IMG/VR virus record: IMGVR_UViG_3300027792_000010
Direction: 5' to 3' (one strand)
DNA length: 64,000 nucleotides
Origin: a virus
How positions within the stretch are numbered: position 1 is the stretch's first letter; every line of letters starts with the position of its first letter. Both the position numbers and the translations under genes were made by a program. Positions 10,715-21,201 of this stretch are shown here, one piece after another. The notes under the pieces are model-generated. The model was not told the origin of the DNA, did not search any database, and saw only the letters and a list, made by a program, of their open reading frames with translations.

Positions 10715-13700
10715 ATGCTTTATAGACATGCAGACGCTACAGGTAGTGCTATTGAGGAGAAGAAAGCCGCTGTAAATCCCTTTGATAGGCTTCGGAAGGA
10801 ATTTGGAATAAAGTCTGACCTTGATGAAAAAGATGTAAAGCTATTTTCATTAGATAGTCCTTTTGGGAAAAACATTATTGCGGATATATATAAAGCTAAC
10901 AGCGCTGATCAAATAGAACAACTTATTTTGAAGCTAATCAGTAATGCGTATGATGAAAGTCCTATTTTTCAAAATGCGGTACATAAAAGTAATCTGGGAC
11001 AGATACCCGATCCAGACAAGCTCAAGGCGGCTATTGCTGCCTCTCCTATTACGCAGAGTGTAAAAACACTGATTGAACATCTTTCTCAAAAAACCAAGGT
11101 ATTCTATGCTGGGGGTAATGCTCCTCGTTTAATAGGTAAGCTAGTTAAAGCTATTAGAGAAGATACTGAGGCTCCATTTGGTAAGACCCCCAATAAATTT
11201 GATCCTCTTTCTAATGATGAATTGAGGGGGTTCAATATATTTGAAAAAGACCTTGTACCAGAAATATCTGAGCGAGAAGTCAAAAAAGCGATAGCCTATT
11301 TTCTTGGGAAAGATATTGAGGGGCACATAGATGCTGAGAATAAGTTTATAAAAACTTTCAAAAATAAGCTTACGGATAATCTTACAGAGGATCAAAAAAA
11401 GGACCGTATATATAGGCTCCTTTCTATGGTAAGAGCAAAAAAGCCTGATTCCGTCTATTTAAAAGGAGACCTAAGAGCTAAAGCTGATGAGTACTATAAA
11501 GAGTTATCTGAGATAAAAGAGCCTACAGAAGTTATACCAAATGAAAAGATGAAGCTTCTTTTTGGTGTAACAGATAATGAACTTAGTAGTTTGAATGAGA
11601 ATAAAGCATCTAATGTTATAGCTTATTACTTTAATAAACAAGTATCCTATGAGGATGGTAAGCGTCAGGTATCCAGACTACCTAAAGGTGAGAAGGGTAT
11701 CAATGAAGACCATATAGACGCTATTGCTGAGCTTACTATATCTGAGCAGTTAAAACTTTTGCATAACTTTTTAGTTCAATTGAAAGCGGAGAGAACAAAA
11801 GTAGGTATCAAGGATGAGTGGTTAAATGACGACCTTAATAAGGTTGCTCAATCTTTTGTAAAAAGTTTGGTAATAGAAGATAAACAGAAACTTAGAGAAA
11901 GAGATACACAGCAGATTAAACAAGATTCTGAGCGTATGGTTATTATGATAGATCAAATCAATAGAATGATACATACTAAGGGATTTTCTGATGATGGAAA
12001 AGCCATAGATGAGATAACTAAAAAAGGGACTCTAACGGATGAGGAGATTTCTCCATATGTTGAAAAAATTAAAAAGTCTTATGAGGATCTAAAGATACCT
12101 GATGATATTAAGAAAAGATTAATAAATGTTAATTTAGAGCATCTTAGGTATACCCCCCTCGATCCTTTTATTATAGAAAAAGATATGAGTGCTGCGATGT
12201 CTTTTACAAAAGAGAAACAGAGTGAAGCAGCCATGATTCTTAAAAAATTAAAGGATAAACAAGAAAAAGGGACTCCATTATCAGATACTGAAAAAGTTAC
12301 ATTAGAGGAGAAGACAAAAGACTATGAAGAGGCAGAGGCTCGTATACAAGAGCTTAGGAGTAAGGAGGATAAATTATTGAAGTTGATAACTATCCCTGAA
12401 GTTGAAAACCTTACAGATAGCGTTAGCGATTATATAAATTTTATTAATAGCAAGAAATCTATTATAGATGGTCTTTTAAAATTCAGGGAGGCAGGGACTT
12501 TTGACGCTCTTATTGAAAGAGTTCAAAAATTTGCTAAAGAGTTTAATAGAGTAGTTGTATCTAATCCTACATTTATTACCCTCTTGGGAAAAGGACATCA
12601 TATATCTGAGTTTCCTAAAGGTGTAGGAGACGAAAATAATAATTCTACATCTAAAAGTGCAGACGAACAGGATCAGTATAAGTACAAGGAATTGGATGAA
12701 ACTAAGTTAAAAGATAAAAGTGAGCCTGAAATAGAAAAGCTTAGAAAAGAGCATGAGGCTCTTTATCACCCGCTTGTTAAGTATTTTGGTGAGAACAAAT
12801 ATGAAATAGATAAGATTAAAAAAGTACTTCAACTTATAGTGGATGGAAAAACATTATCTCATTTAGAAGCAGAACAGATAGCGGAGATGGTTAATCATAT
12901 GAGTGATAGAATAGAGGATATGAAAAAGGCTATGTATAAATATAAGCCTGATAAACTACATGATCGCTTGATTGATAGCCTTAGGAATAAAGCGGATATT
13001 GAAAAAATAGTAATGCCTAAGAAAGAAAGGACTAAAAAGAAAGCTTCTATATCTTATCTTATTAGGAAAATAGCTGGAGAAGTTAGAGAGAAAGAGAAAC
13101 CAAACTGGTTAGTCTATGGGGAAAAATATAGACCAGTCGGTGGTGAAGTTAAAAGACAATTTACAAAAAGTTTCTTTGATAAGCCTGATTATGTAAACTC
13201 TTTTATTGATGCTCTTGCAGCCAGAGGGTTTAAGTTCTTCAGTGAAAAAGGCCATGAGATATCTGATCCTACACAATATGATCCTAAGATAGATGATATT
13301 GTGGCAGAAGTTATTCTAAGAGGATCACGAAGTATAGAGGAAAAGATATTAAATAAGGTCGGTACAGATCGCATTCTTAACGATAATCGAAAAGAGGCTC
13401 AAGAAGAAGTTTTACGTGGTAATAAGGATCTTCAGAAATTTGAAGCGGCTATCGTAAAAGTTAAAGATCAATATCTACCGCAACTTGAAGATTACGCAAA
13501 ATTTTTTAATCGCCCAGAGGATGCTATTGCAGAAGCTGCAGAAAAGCAAGGGTTATCTGGAGTCCGTGAAGAACTAACTTTGAAAAAGAAGAGAGACTTA
13601 GGATTAGAAGATGGGCTAAGACAGCTTCAGGAAGCTATCATAAAAAAAGATGTAACTAAGATTAAGGAACTAGTTAATCTTGAAAAGAAGGATGACCAGG

Positions 13701-16700
13701 ACCCTAAAAAAGCTATTAATGATGAAGATGATATCATGAGGGCTAAGTTTAAACCATTGAATCAAGAACAGACTGACCCTCTTGCTAAGAAGGTTCTTAA
13801 AGAGCTTTCTGCTCGTTTCAGGGATGAATGGAAAGAAGAAATCGGAGAAGCAGAGCCTGATAGAGAAAAAGTTAGAGAAGAGATGAAAGAGAAGGAACGT
13901 GATGTCTCTGCAATTTTTGATCGCACTTCTGTGAGGAAGTTACTAATTAAGTTCTTTGATAACTATGTAGACTACAAGAAAAAGTTACCTGATGGTCTAA
14001 CTATGGAAGATATGGCTCCTGTTTCAGACCCTGTTAAGAATTTCTTAAGTGGACAAGGTAAGGCAGTTATTGATAGAAGGCTTACCATAGAAGAAATGAA
14101 GAACAGAGATGCAGCAATGGAGGCTTTGAAGGCTAAGTATGAAAAGGCTCAAAAATTATTCTTGTACTTAAGAGGTCAAGAAGTCTTTAAAGAGACCGAT
14201 ATAAGAGCTTTTAAGAGTATAGAAACTGAGATGGATTCAAATAAGGCTGCCACTGATGAAGCTTTAAAAGACCTTAATAAGTCTATAGAGGCTACAAAAA
14301 AGGATTTTAAGGTAGATGTAGAAACATATACTAAGGCTGTGGATTTTATAAAGAATAACAAAGATAACTTCAAAGAAGATAAAGACTATGAAGCTTCTAT
14401 AGATAGAGCCAGGGAAATAACTAAGAAAATCAATACTTATAAGTCTGAACTTGATTCTCTTGAAAATAAGTATGAGGAAGCTCGTAGCGCTCATGATAAA
14501 GCTATAGAAGATATTAAGAGGATAAGAGCTACTATATCTCCTGGAGGTACTAAAGAATTAGATAGAAAAATGGAAGAGGGACTAAAGCAGCTTCAAGAAG
14601 CTATTGTAAAGAAGGACATAGCTAAGGTTAAGGAACTAGTTAATCTCGAAAAGAAGGATGACCGGGACCCTAAAAAAGCTATTAATGATGAAGCAGATAT
14701 CATGAGGGCTAAATTCCAGCCTGTGACTCAGAAACAGACTGATCCCCTCGCTGAAAAGGTTCTCAAAAAGCTTTCTGAACGCTTTAGAGATGATTCTGAG
14801 AAGAAGAAGGCTGTGCCCCTTAGTGAAAAAGAAATAGAACTACCTGATGATAAAAAAGTAACGGTTTTAGAAAGTCCTATGGTAGAGGTAAGAGGTATTC
14901 GGAAAGATATTGATTTACTTCTGTACAAAAAGGGTCAGCTCCAGAGAGAGCTTGATGGTATGAGGTCTATGACGACTCCTCCTTCAACTAGGGTAGAGAC
15001 TGTTACGGACCAGTTAGAAGAACTTAAGAAAAAATTCTTTGATTTAATGGAAAGAGAATTGGAGGCTCTCAAGAAGGTAACTACTTATCTTGAAAAAGAG
15101 AGACAGAAACTGGAAGTTAAAAAAGATTCTATTCAGAATGACCCTACAAAGGATAAGGAACTTAAGAGTAGAGAAATTAAGGAATTAGATAATAAAATAA
15201 AGTCTATAAAGTCTAATGAGGTACAGATAAAGGTGCATATTGAGTATGTTAATAGAAACGATCTAACTGACATAAACAAGTATTTAATTGAGAAAGAAAA
15301 AGGGACACCACAGATGAGGCTGGCAGGTGCTGCTGATAACATGGGAGATAATACGCTACCTAGTATAGAAGATGAGGCTATGCCTATGCAGAAGGTAGGA
15401 CCTAGAGAAATGCCAGAATATAAAAAAGTTGAGCTACAGACTCAGATGCCGGAGCCTAAAGTTAAGGATTGGGATATAGTGCTTTACCTATTTGGTCAGG
15501 AAAAAGCAAGGTCAATAGCTGAAATAGCTAGGCTACAAAAAGGTATAGGGGACATAGCTGATGTAGAAGTACTAAAGCAAATAGTGAATGAAATTAATAG
15601 GAAACATACTGACCTTGAGAAGAGAGGAAAATTTCTCGATCTCAAAGTCAAAGTAGGGGATAGGACAGTAGCCGTAAAAGATGTAGGTCAGGAATTTAAA
15701 AAACTTCTTGAGAAGTACCAGAAGGATGTTAATGGCCCCCTTATTAAGAAGAAATCCCTAATACAAAAGATAAATAAAGCAAGGTCAGTATTGATAGATG
15801 TAAATAATTATGTAGATCAAAATACTGGTGAGTTCAGAGAGTTTAATAAGGAAGAAAAAGCAGTATTTGTAAGACTCTTCTACAAACAACTCTTTTGGGA
15901 CCTTATGGGATATTGGAAAACCAATGTTGGAAGAAATGCTTTGTTTGGTGGGCGTGAAATGGCTCCTTTTAGTCGTGTTTTTGATACATTCAAAAACATA
16001 GCAGGTGTAAAATCAAATCCTGTTATATCTGGTCAGCTAAATACAATCGCTAATGAATTCAGGGCTAAAGATACCACACATACCAAAAGTAGAGTTACTG
16101 AGCTAAAGAATGAAATTAAAGATATTATTGATGGTATGAAATTAATTACAAAAGGTAGTGCCAAGTATAATGAGTATGAGAAGGAAGTAATGGATAAGCA
16201 AAAAGAACTTGAGCAATTAAGTCATCTTAGAAAGCAAAAAGACATTCTTATGAGAAAAATGATGGATACTGCTGATACAGGATTCCAGGTATCGGTACTT
16301 AATGCTATAAGTAAAAAAATAGATACGGATAATGCTAAAGAAAAAGAGATGCTAGAAAAGAAGAAGAAGGAGTTAGAGGATAAGAAGGGTGAGACCTACG
16401 AAGTTATATCAGAGGTACAACCCGAGCCTATAGAAAAAGGAAAAGCTCCTACAAGACCTGAACTTAAATTGAAGGCCCCTAAACTAGATATGGATACTTT
16501 GAAGGGTAGGATGTCTGATAACTTATCCTATAAGCAAATCAATAAAATCCATACTATAATGTCTACTTATAAAAATGTTAAGACAAAAGAGGCTGTTCCT
16601 CAATCTACGGTAGAGAAGGCTAAAGATATTATGCTTGTTTCCTTGGATAAGATATTTAAGGAAGTAGACATGGAAAAGACTTTTGAGCAATATAAAGATA

Positions 16701-17173
16701 TTATATCTAAGGACCCTGAGTCTTTCCAGGAAGTTACGGAGGCTCTCTTTACTACTGAAAAGGATGTAGAGGACTCAATAGCTAAAGTAGTAGAAGATAT
16801 CCCTGATCCAGATAAAGCTATACGGTCTCTTGATAAAGCTATGCTTCAGATAGGTAGAGCCCCTGATGGCAGCGAAGAGAAGGATAAACTTGTTAATAAG
16901 CTTGTAGACAAGATAGAAGCACTTTTTGAGGCTTCTGAACAACATTTTACTTTCAGAAAAGTAAAAGAGTCGATACAGGAAGATCCAAATCTTTTCCTTA
17001 CAAAAATGAAGAAGAGACTGGAGAAGATGGAAGAGCTATCTAAGAAAGAAGCTTATTGGCAAGATAAAAATTTCAATCCTAAAATACTATACGGAAGAAA
17101 GATGCAGAGCGTAATAGCTACACTACTTGAGAGATATTTGTATGAAGATGAGACAAATAGCACTGATGCCTAA
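10715..17173 (+). CDS. giant 2152-aa coiled-coil Lys/Glu-rich protein, putative virion-internal protein
   Basis: uninterrupted ORF starting 1 nt after the previous stop; function is inference only. Confidence 0.8.
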   Translation: MLYRHADATGSAIEEKKAAVNPFDRLRKEFGIKSDLDEKDVKLFSLDSPFGKNIIADIYKANSADQIEQLILKLISNAYDESPIFQNAVHKSNLGQIPDPDKLKAAIAASPITQSVKTLIEHLSQKTKVFYAGGNAPRLIGKLVKAIREDTEAPFGKTPNKFDPLSNDELRGFNIFEKDLVPEISEREVKKAIAYFLGKDIEGHIDAENKFIKTFKNKLTDNLTEDQKKDRIYRLLSMVRAKKPDSVYLKGDLRAKADEYYKELSEIKEPTEVIPNEKMKLLFGVTDNELSSLNENKASNVIAYYFNKQVSYEDGKRQVSRLPKGEKGINEDHIDAIAELTISEQLKLLHNFLVQLKAERTKVGIKDEWLNDDLNKVAQSFVKSLVIEDKQKLRERDTQQIKQDSERMVIMIDQINRMIHTKGFSDDGKAIDEITKKGTLTDEEISPYVEKIKKSYEDLKIPDDIKKRLINVNLEHLRYTPLDPFIIEKDMSAAMSFTKEKQSEAAMILKKLKDKQEKGTPLSDTEKVTLEEKTKDYEEAEARIQELRSKEDKLLKLITIPEVENLTDSVSDYINFINSKKSIIDGLLKFREAGTFDALIERVQKFAKEFNRVVVSNPTFITLLGKGHHISEFPKGVGDENNNSTSKSADEQDQYKYKELDETKLKDKSEPEIEKLRKEHEALYHPLVKYFGENKYEIDKIKKVLQLIVDGKTLSHLEAEQIAEMVNHMSDRIEDMKKAMYKYKPDKLHDRLIDSLRNKADIEKIVMPKKERTKKKASISYLIRKIAGEVREKEKPNWLVYGEKYRPVGGEVKRQFTKSFFDKPDYVNSFIDALAARGFKFFSEKGHEISDPTQYDPKIDDIVAEVILRGSRSIEEKILNKVGTDRILNDNRKEAQEEVLRGNKDLQKFEAAIVKVKDQYLPQLEDYAKFFNRPEDAIAEAAEKQGLSGVREELTLKKKRDLGLEDGLRQLQEAIIKKDVTKIKELVNLEKKDDQDPKKAINDEDDIMRAKFKPLNQEQTDPLAKKVLKELSARFRDEWKEEIGEAEPDREKVREEMKEKERDVSAIFDRTSVRKLLIKFFDNYVDYKKKLPDGLTMEDMAPVSDPVKNFLSGQGKAVIDRRLTIEEMKNRDAAMEALKAKYEKAQKLFLYLRGQEVFKETDIRAFKSIETEMDSNKAATDEALKDLNKSIEATKKDFKVDVETYTKAVDFIKNNKDNFKEDKDYEASIDRAREITKKINTYKSELDSLENKYEEARSAHDKAIEDIKRIRATISPGGTKELDRKMEEGLKQLQEAIVKKDIAKVKELVNLEKKDDRDPKKAINDEADIMRAKFQPVTQKQTDPLAEKVLKKLSERFRDDSEKKKAVPLSEKEIELPDDKKVTVLESPMVEVRGIRKDIDLLLYKKGQLQRELDGMRSMTTPPSTRVETVTDQLEELKKKFFDLMERELEALKKVTTYLEKERQKLEVKKDSIQNDPTKDKELKSREIKELDNKIKSIKSNEVQIKVHIEYVNRNDLTDINKYLIEKEKGTPQMRLAGAADNMGDNTLPSIEDEAMPMQKVGPREMPEYKKVELQTQMPEPKVKDWDIVLYLFGQEKARSIAEIARLQKGIGDIADVEVLKQIVNEINRKHTDLEKRGKFLDLKVKVGDRTVAVKDVGQEFKKLLEKYQKDVNGPLIKKKSLIQKINKARSVLIDVNNYVDQNTGEFREFNKEEKAVFVRLFYKQLFWDLMGYWKTNVGRNALFGGREMAPFSRVFDTFKNIAGVKSNPVISGQLNTIANEFRAKDTTHTKSRVTELKNEIKDIIDGMKLITKGSAKYNEYEKEVMDKQKELEQLSHLRKQKDILMRKMMDTADTGFQVSVLNAISKKIDTDNAKEKEMLEKKKKELEDKKGETYEVISEVQPEPIEKGKAPTRPELKLKAPKLDMDTLKGRMSDNLSYKQINKIHTIMSTYKNVKTKEAVPQSTVEKAKDIMLVSLDKIFKEVDMEKTFEQYKDIISKDPESFQEVTEALFTTEKDVEDSIAKVVEDIPDPDKAIRSLDKAMLQIGRAPDGSEEKDKLVNKLVDKIEALFEASEQHFTFRKVKESIQEDPNLFLTKMKKRLEKMEELSKKEAYWQDKNFNPKILYGRKMQSVIATLLERYLYEDETNSTDA
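13607..14794 (+). repeat. 74-codon internal duplication (13607-13828 and 14573-14794)
   Basis: E(D/E)GL(R/K)QLQEAI.KKD..K.KELVNLEKKDD.DPKKAINDE.DIMRAKF..QTDPLA.KVLK.LS.RFRD twice, 966 nt apart. Confidence 0.95.
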
Positions 17174-17256
17174 GTTACGGCTTAAGGATACTATAAAAAG
17201 CCCTCCTAAGGTTGAAAGACCTAAGAAGGGCAAATACTCATATCGTAGGATAAAAG

Positions 17257-18246
17257 ATGTACAAAATTATATCGACTGTTAATATAGAAAAAAAGTTTTA
17301 TATTTATGAATTTTGGGACTCACTTAAAAATGAGCCTTTCTATGTAGGTAAAGGAACAAAAAGCGCTATTAAAGGAAGATACCAAAGGTTTAGAGATCAT
17401 ATTAATATTGCTTTAGGTATTAAAAAGCAAAGAGATCCTAATAATCATAAAATTAGACGTATATCAAAAATTGTAAGATTGGGTGGGCAAATATTAGTAA
17501 AATTTGTTTTCCAAACAGACATAGAATCAGAGGCTTTAGAAAAAGAAAAAGTTCTTATTAAACTATATGGGAGAAGAGATTTAGGTACAGGAACTCTTAC
17601 TAATATGACTAACGGTGGGGAAGGACAATCTGGTAGAATATTTACTGAAGAAGAAAAAAGAAAAATAAGTTTAAGAGTAGCTGGTATAGGAAATCCTATG
17701 TATGGAAGAACACATACAAAAGAGTCAAGGGAACTTATAGCTATAGGTCACAGAGGAAAACCAGGACATAAGCACACAGAGGAGTGGAAGCAACATCTAA
17801 GGGTGTGTAATGCTGGTGGGATATCAGTTTCTAATCCTATATATCAAATAGGGTTAGATGGTAAAGTTATTAACAGATTTGATTCCGCTAAAAAAGCGGC
17901 TGAAACTTTAAATCTAAAAACTTATGGAAATATATATTCTTCAATAAAATATAAATATAGAACATATGGAGGGTATTATTGGAGAAGTATAGATGATTCA
18001 AATATTGAAAATGGTAAACTTATAAACATAGATGAAATTAATAAAAAAAGACTCAAACCTCACCATACTAAAAATATAAACCAATATGACATGAATGGTA
18101 ATTTATTAAAAAGTTGGAAATCAGCTTTAGATATAAAAAGAGAATTAGGTATAAGTAATAGTATAATATCTAATATTATTAATGGTAAAAGAGTAACAGA
18201 TATATACTATGGGTATAGATGGGAGTCTTTATGTACCTGTTCATAG
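17257..18246 (+). CDS. free-standing GIY-YIG (LEM3-like) homing endonuclease with NUMOD3/NUMOD1-like repeats
   Basis: YIYEF..PFYVGKG..R..DH; LTNMTNGGEG; NPMYGRTHT; FDSAKKAA, WKSALDI. Confidence 0.85.
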   Translation: MYKIISTVNIEKKFYIYEFWDSLKNEPFYVGKGTKSAIKGRYQRFRDHINIALGIKKQRDPNNHKIRRISKIVRLGGQILVKFVFQTDIESEALEKEKVLIKLYGRRDLGTGTLTNMTNGGEGQSGRIFTEEEKRKISLRVAGIGNPMYGRTHTKESRELIAIGHRGKPGHKHTEEWKQHLRVCNAGGISVSNPIYQIGLDGKVINRFDSAKKAAETLNLKTYGNIYSSIKYKYRTYGGYYWRSIDDSNIENGKLINIDEINKKRLKPHHTKNINQYDMNGNLLKSWKSALDIKRELGISNSIISNIINGKRVTDIYYGYRWESLCTCS

Positions 18247-19367
18247 ATCTTGATAACACCCTTACTGACTTTACTAAACAGCTATCTAAAATATTAGGCT
18301 ATCCAGTAGACAAAGAATTTGGTAATGACCCAAAGATATGGAAAGCTATAGATAAAGCAGGGACTAAATTTTGGAGCACCATGGCTTGGCTACCTGGGTC
18401 GCGTAGGCTATGGGATGAGATTAGTAAATTTGATCCTATTATACTTTCATCTCCTTCTCGGCACGAATCTTCTATACAAGGTAAAAAAGAATGGTTAAGG
18501 GATAACCTACCTGGAGTGCCCTTCATCATAGAGCAAGAAAAAGAGAAGTATGCTGCCCCTGATGCTATACTTATTGATGACCGTGAGAAAAATATTAAGA
18601 AGTGGGAAGAGAAGGGTGGGATAGGGATACTTCATAAAAGTGTACCTGAGACCTTAATCAACCTTGCGGATGCTATACAAAATCTTGATAAAAATATCAA
18701 GAATGCATCTGATAGAGGGTATGTTAAGTTCTATAAGGATTCAAGTAATCCTATGGATCTATATGCTCTGGCTAATGATACGGTATTCTCTGTTAACTCT
18801 AACAAAGGATACCCTCTTTTTGAGGCATCAAAAACAAAACTGGATGACTTTAGAGGTAGCGTACAAAAAGGTAAATATTTAGAGGTCCCTTTCAGTAGAG
18901 TGATTGATTACCCAACTGAGGGAGAAGGTACTTCTTTCACGCCATATACTGCTTCTTCTAAGTACAAAATAGAGTGGAAGAAACCTGATGTATCTAAAGA
19001 GGCAGACGAATATTTTAATAATGCAATAACATCTTCGACGTTACTAAAAGCGAAGGTAAAGTTTAATAACCTTAAAGAGTTTGAAGATAAATTTAAAAAA
19101 GGCAAAGTAGAAGACCTCCCTGTTGCAGGCTTACAAAATATAACTACATCTCCTGATGATTTTAAAATAGAGCTTAATGTCCCAGAATATAGATATAGCT
19201 ATGAAAGTATGAAAAAAGAGTTAATAGATAAAGGATATATAGCTTTAGAAATGCCTATCATAGTTAAATTAAATGATGATAAGTACTGGGGATTTTCAGG
19301 TAACAGAAGAACTAACTTAGCTTTTGAATTTGGGATACCAGTAAAAGTATGGATGGTAGAATTATAA
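18231..19367 (+). CDS. HAD-family 5'(3')-deoxyribonucleotidase-like protein with C-terminal extension
   Basis: FIDLDNTLTDF, ILSSP, GKKEWL, LIDDREKN; GGGAG RBS before ATG 18231. Confidence 0.75.
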   Translation: MYLFIDLDNTLTDFTKQLSKILGYPVDKEFGNDPKIWKAIDKAGTKFWSTMAWLPGSRRLWDEISKFDPIILSSPSRHESSIQGKKEWLRDNLPGVPFIIEQEKEKYAAPDAILIDDREKNIKKWEEKGGIGILHKSVPETLINLADAIQNLDKNIKNASDRGYVKFYKDSSNPMDLYALANDTVFSVNSNKGYPLFEASKTKLDDFRGSVQKGKYLEVPFSRVIDYPTEGEGTSFTPYTASSKYKIEWKKPDVSKEADEYFNNAITSSTLLKAKVKFNNLKEFEDKFKKGKVEDLPVAGLQNITTSPDDFKIELNVPEYRYSYESMKKELIDKGYIALEMPIIVKLNDDKYWGFSGNRRTNLAFEFGIPVKVWMVEL

Positions 19368-19378
19368 TCTTTTAATAA

Positions 19379-20044
19379 GTGCCTCCATGTTATATACACA
19401 TGGAGACCTATATGATACAGACTCTCTTTTATAAGACCTATTATGCCTATCTGATGGGCGATAAAAATACTGCCTCTCTCTACTATGCTCTTCTGAAGGA
19501 AGAATTCAAGATATCTGGTAAATCAGATAGCTTAAAACCCTCTCAACTTAAAGAGCTAAAGAACATCAAGGAATCCCTCTCCTCCGGTAGTATAGCTACT
19601 ACAAGCTGGTTAGCTGAGCCTGTAGTATCAACAGAGGAACAGGATAAGTCTATAGGGCTTGAGAAAGAAGTGGTCAGAAAGATATACTATGAGGGTTTTG
19701 AAAAGCTCAAAGAGATACTTAACGCTAATGAAAATTTCTACCTATACAATTTGGAGCATCCTTGTGCGGACTACGGTAAGGCGGACATGGTTTATATGGA
19801 TGATAGAATAGTTTATATAGTAGAAGTAAAAAAAGGAATAGGTAAGCACGACTTACTAGGTCAAGTAATGAAATATACCCTGGCTATGAAAATGAAGCTT
19901 CATTACAAACTATATGATGAAGTACGAGCTATTACAATATGTAGTGGGTATAAGGACTATGCTGTGAAGGAATTAAAAAAGCATGGAATTATTACCTTAG
20001 TATACGAGTTTATAGAAGATAAATTTACATTGAAGTTAGTTTAG
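19379..20044 (+). CDS. PD-(D/E)XK nuclease, NucS C-terminal-like
   Basis: ADMVYMD...IVEVKKG...LGQVMKY. Confidence 0.6.
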   Translation: MPPCYIHMETYMIQTLFYKTYYAYLMGDKNTASLYYALLKEEFKISGKSDSLKPSQLKELKNIKESLSSGSIATTSWLAEPVVSTEEQDKSIGLEKEVVRKIYYEGFEKLKEILNANENFYLYNLEHPCADYGKADMVYMDDRIVYIVEVKKGIGKHDLLGQVMKYTLAMKMKLHYKLYDEVRAITICSGYKDYAVKELKKHGIITLVYEFIEDKFTLKLV

Positions 20045-20179
20045 CATTCTTTGATAAAAGCATACCATCATCACTTATCTCAATCTGATCTTTCGGTAGA
20101 TAGTAAATGCCCGTTTCGGAAGACATGTGATAATCAGAAATACGGTTTATTGGATGTATCTCTTTTATGGGTTCTACTC

Positions 20180-21196
20180 TCATAAATCTAATAGCTGCAC
20201 TTTCCCAGTGCCTGGTACGATTTCACCTATAACATAAGATGGAAGACCTATAAGGTCGAAGTGTCTCAATGTTTTTTCTACATCCTCTTTAGAACAAACT
20301 ATAGCCATACCTATGCCCATATTGAAAGTTCTGAACATTTCAGCATATGATAAATCCATTGCATTCTTTATCATAAAAAATATAGGAAGGATATCTATTT
20401 TATTTGTAGATACTATGGCATCTACATTACCTGGAAGGATACGATCAAGATTTTCTGCTATACCTCCTCCTGTAATATGAGCCATACCCTTTATAACTTT
20501 ATGTCTGAATAGTCCTTTTACATAAGGGTAATAGCACCTATGTATCTCTAAAGCCATGTTAATAAAAGTTTTATTACGTATTTTAGCATCCTGAAGCTCA
20601 GGGTACTCCTCTAGCATCTTTCTAATTAAACTATAACCGTTAGTGTGCGGCCCAGAGGATCGTAGCCCTATAACTACATCTCCTGGTAGGATGGTTGAAC
20701 CATCGATAATGTCATCCTTCTCTACAATGCCTACAATGCTTGATGTGAGGATGTAAGTCCCTTCAGGTATAACAGAGGGCTGTTCTGATATCTCACCTCC
20801 TGTAAGCACGCAGTCCTGGGCTATACAAGCCTCATTGATGCCTGTGATTATCCTGGTAACTTTATCTTTTTCAAGTTTTCCGCAGATTATGGCATCTTGT
20901 ACTGCAAGGGGTTTAGCGCCCATAACGATACAGTCATTAATAAGGTGATTGATCATATCCTTACCGATTGACTCATATCGATCATATTGAAATGCGAGAA
21001 GCTGTTTTGACCCTGGTTCTTCAGTTTTAGTAACAAGGACAGGATGCTTATACTCAGGAAAATGGAAGTCGAATAAAGAACCGAAAGCTCCTATACCATT
21101 AAGTACGCGAGGATTATTGGTTTTAAGAAGAGTCTTTAGTCCATTTTTAGTATCATTGGCGGTATCTATATCAACACCTGATTGTTTGTAATTCAT
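20180..21196 (-). CDS. purM: phosphoribosylformylglycinamidine cyclo-ligase (AIR synthetase)
   Basis: Y..SGVDI, GAFGSLF, GGEISEQP, SSGPHTNGYSLIR, AHITGGGI..N..R, RTFNMGIG. Confidence 0.95.
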   Translation of the reverse strand: MNYKQSGVDIDTANDTKNGLKTLLKTNNPRVLNGIGAFGSLFDFHFPEYKHPVLVTKTEEPGSKQLLAFQYDRYESIGKDMINHLINDCIVMGAKPLAVQDAIICGKLEKDKVTRIITGINEACIAQDCVLTGGEISEQPSVIPEGTYILTSSIVGIVEKDDIIDGSTILPGDVVIGLRSSGPHTNGYSLIRKMLEEYPELQDAKIRNKTFINMALEIHRCYYPYVKGLFRHKVIKGMAHITGGGIAENLDRILPGNVDAIVSTNKIDILPIFFMIKNAMDLSYAEMFRTFNMGIGMAIVCSKEDVEKTLRHFDLIGLPSYVIGEIVPGTGKVQLLDL

Positions 21197-21201
21197 ACTA
21201 T

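Noticed and set aside
8554-15342. Short antisense ORFs within the giant proteins (and similar ones elsewhere)
   Set aside because: Typical shadow ORFs opposite long genes, without RBS or motifs.
17174-18246. Group I intron housing the GIY-YIG endonuclease (GAAA-capped hairpin at 17200-17231)
   Set aside because: No room for a catalytic core, since the ORF overlaps the next gene, which has its own RBS; no P7-like elements seen. Treated as free-standing.
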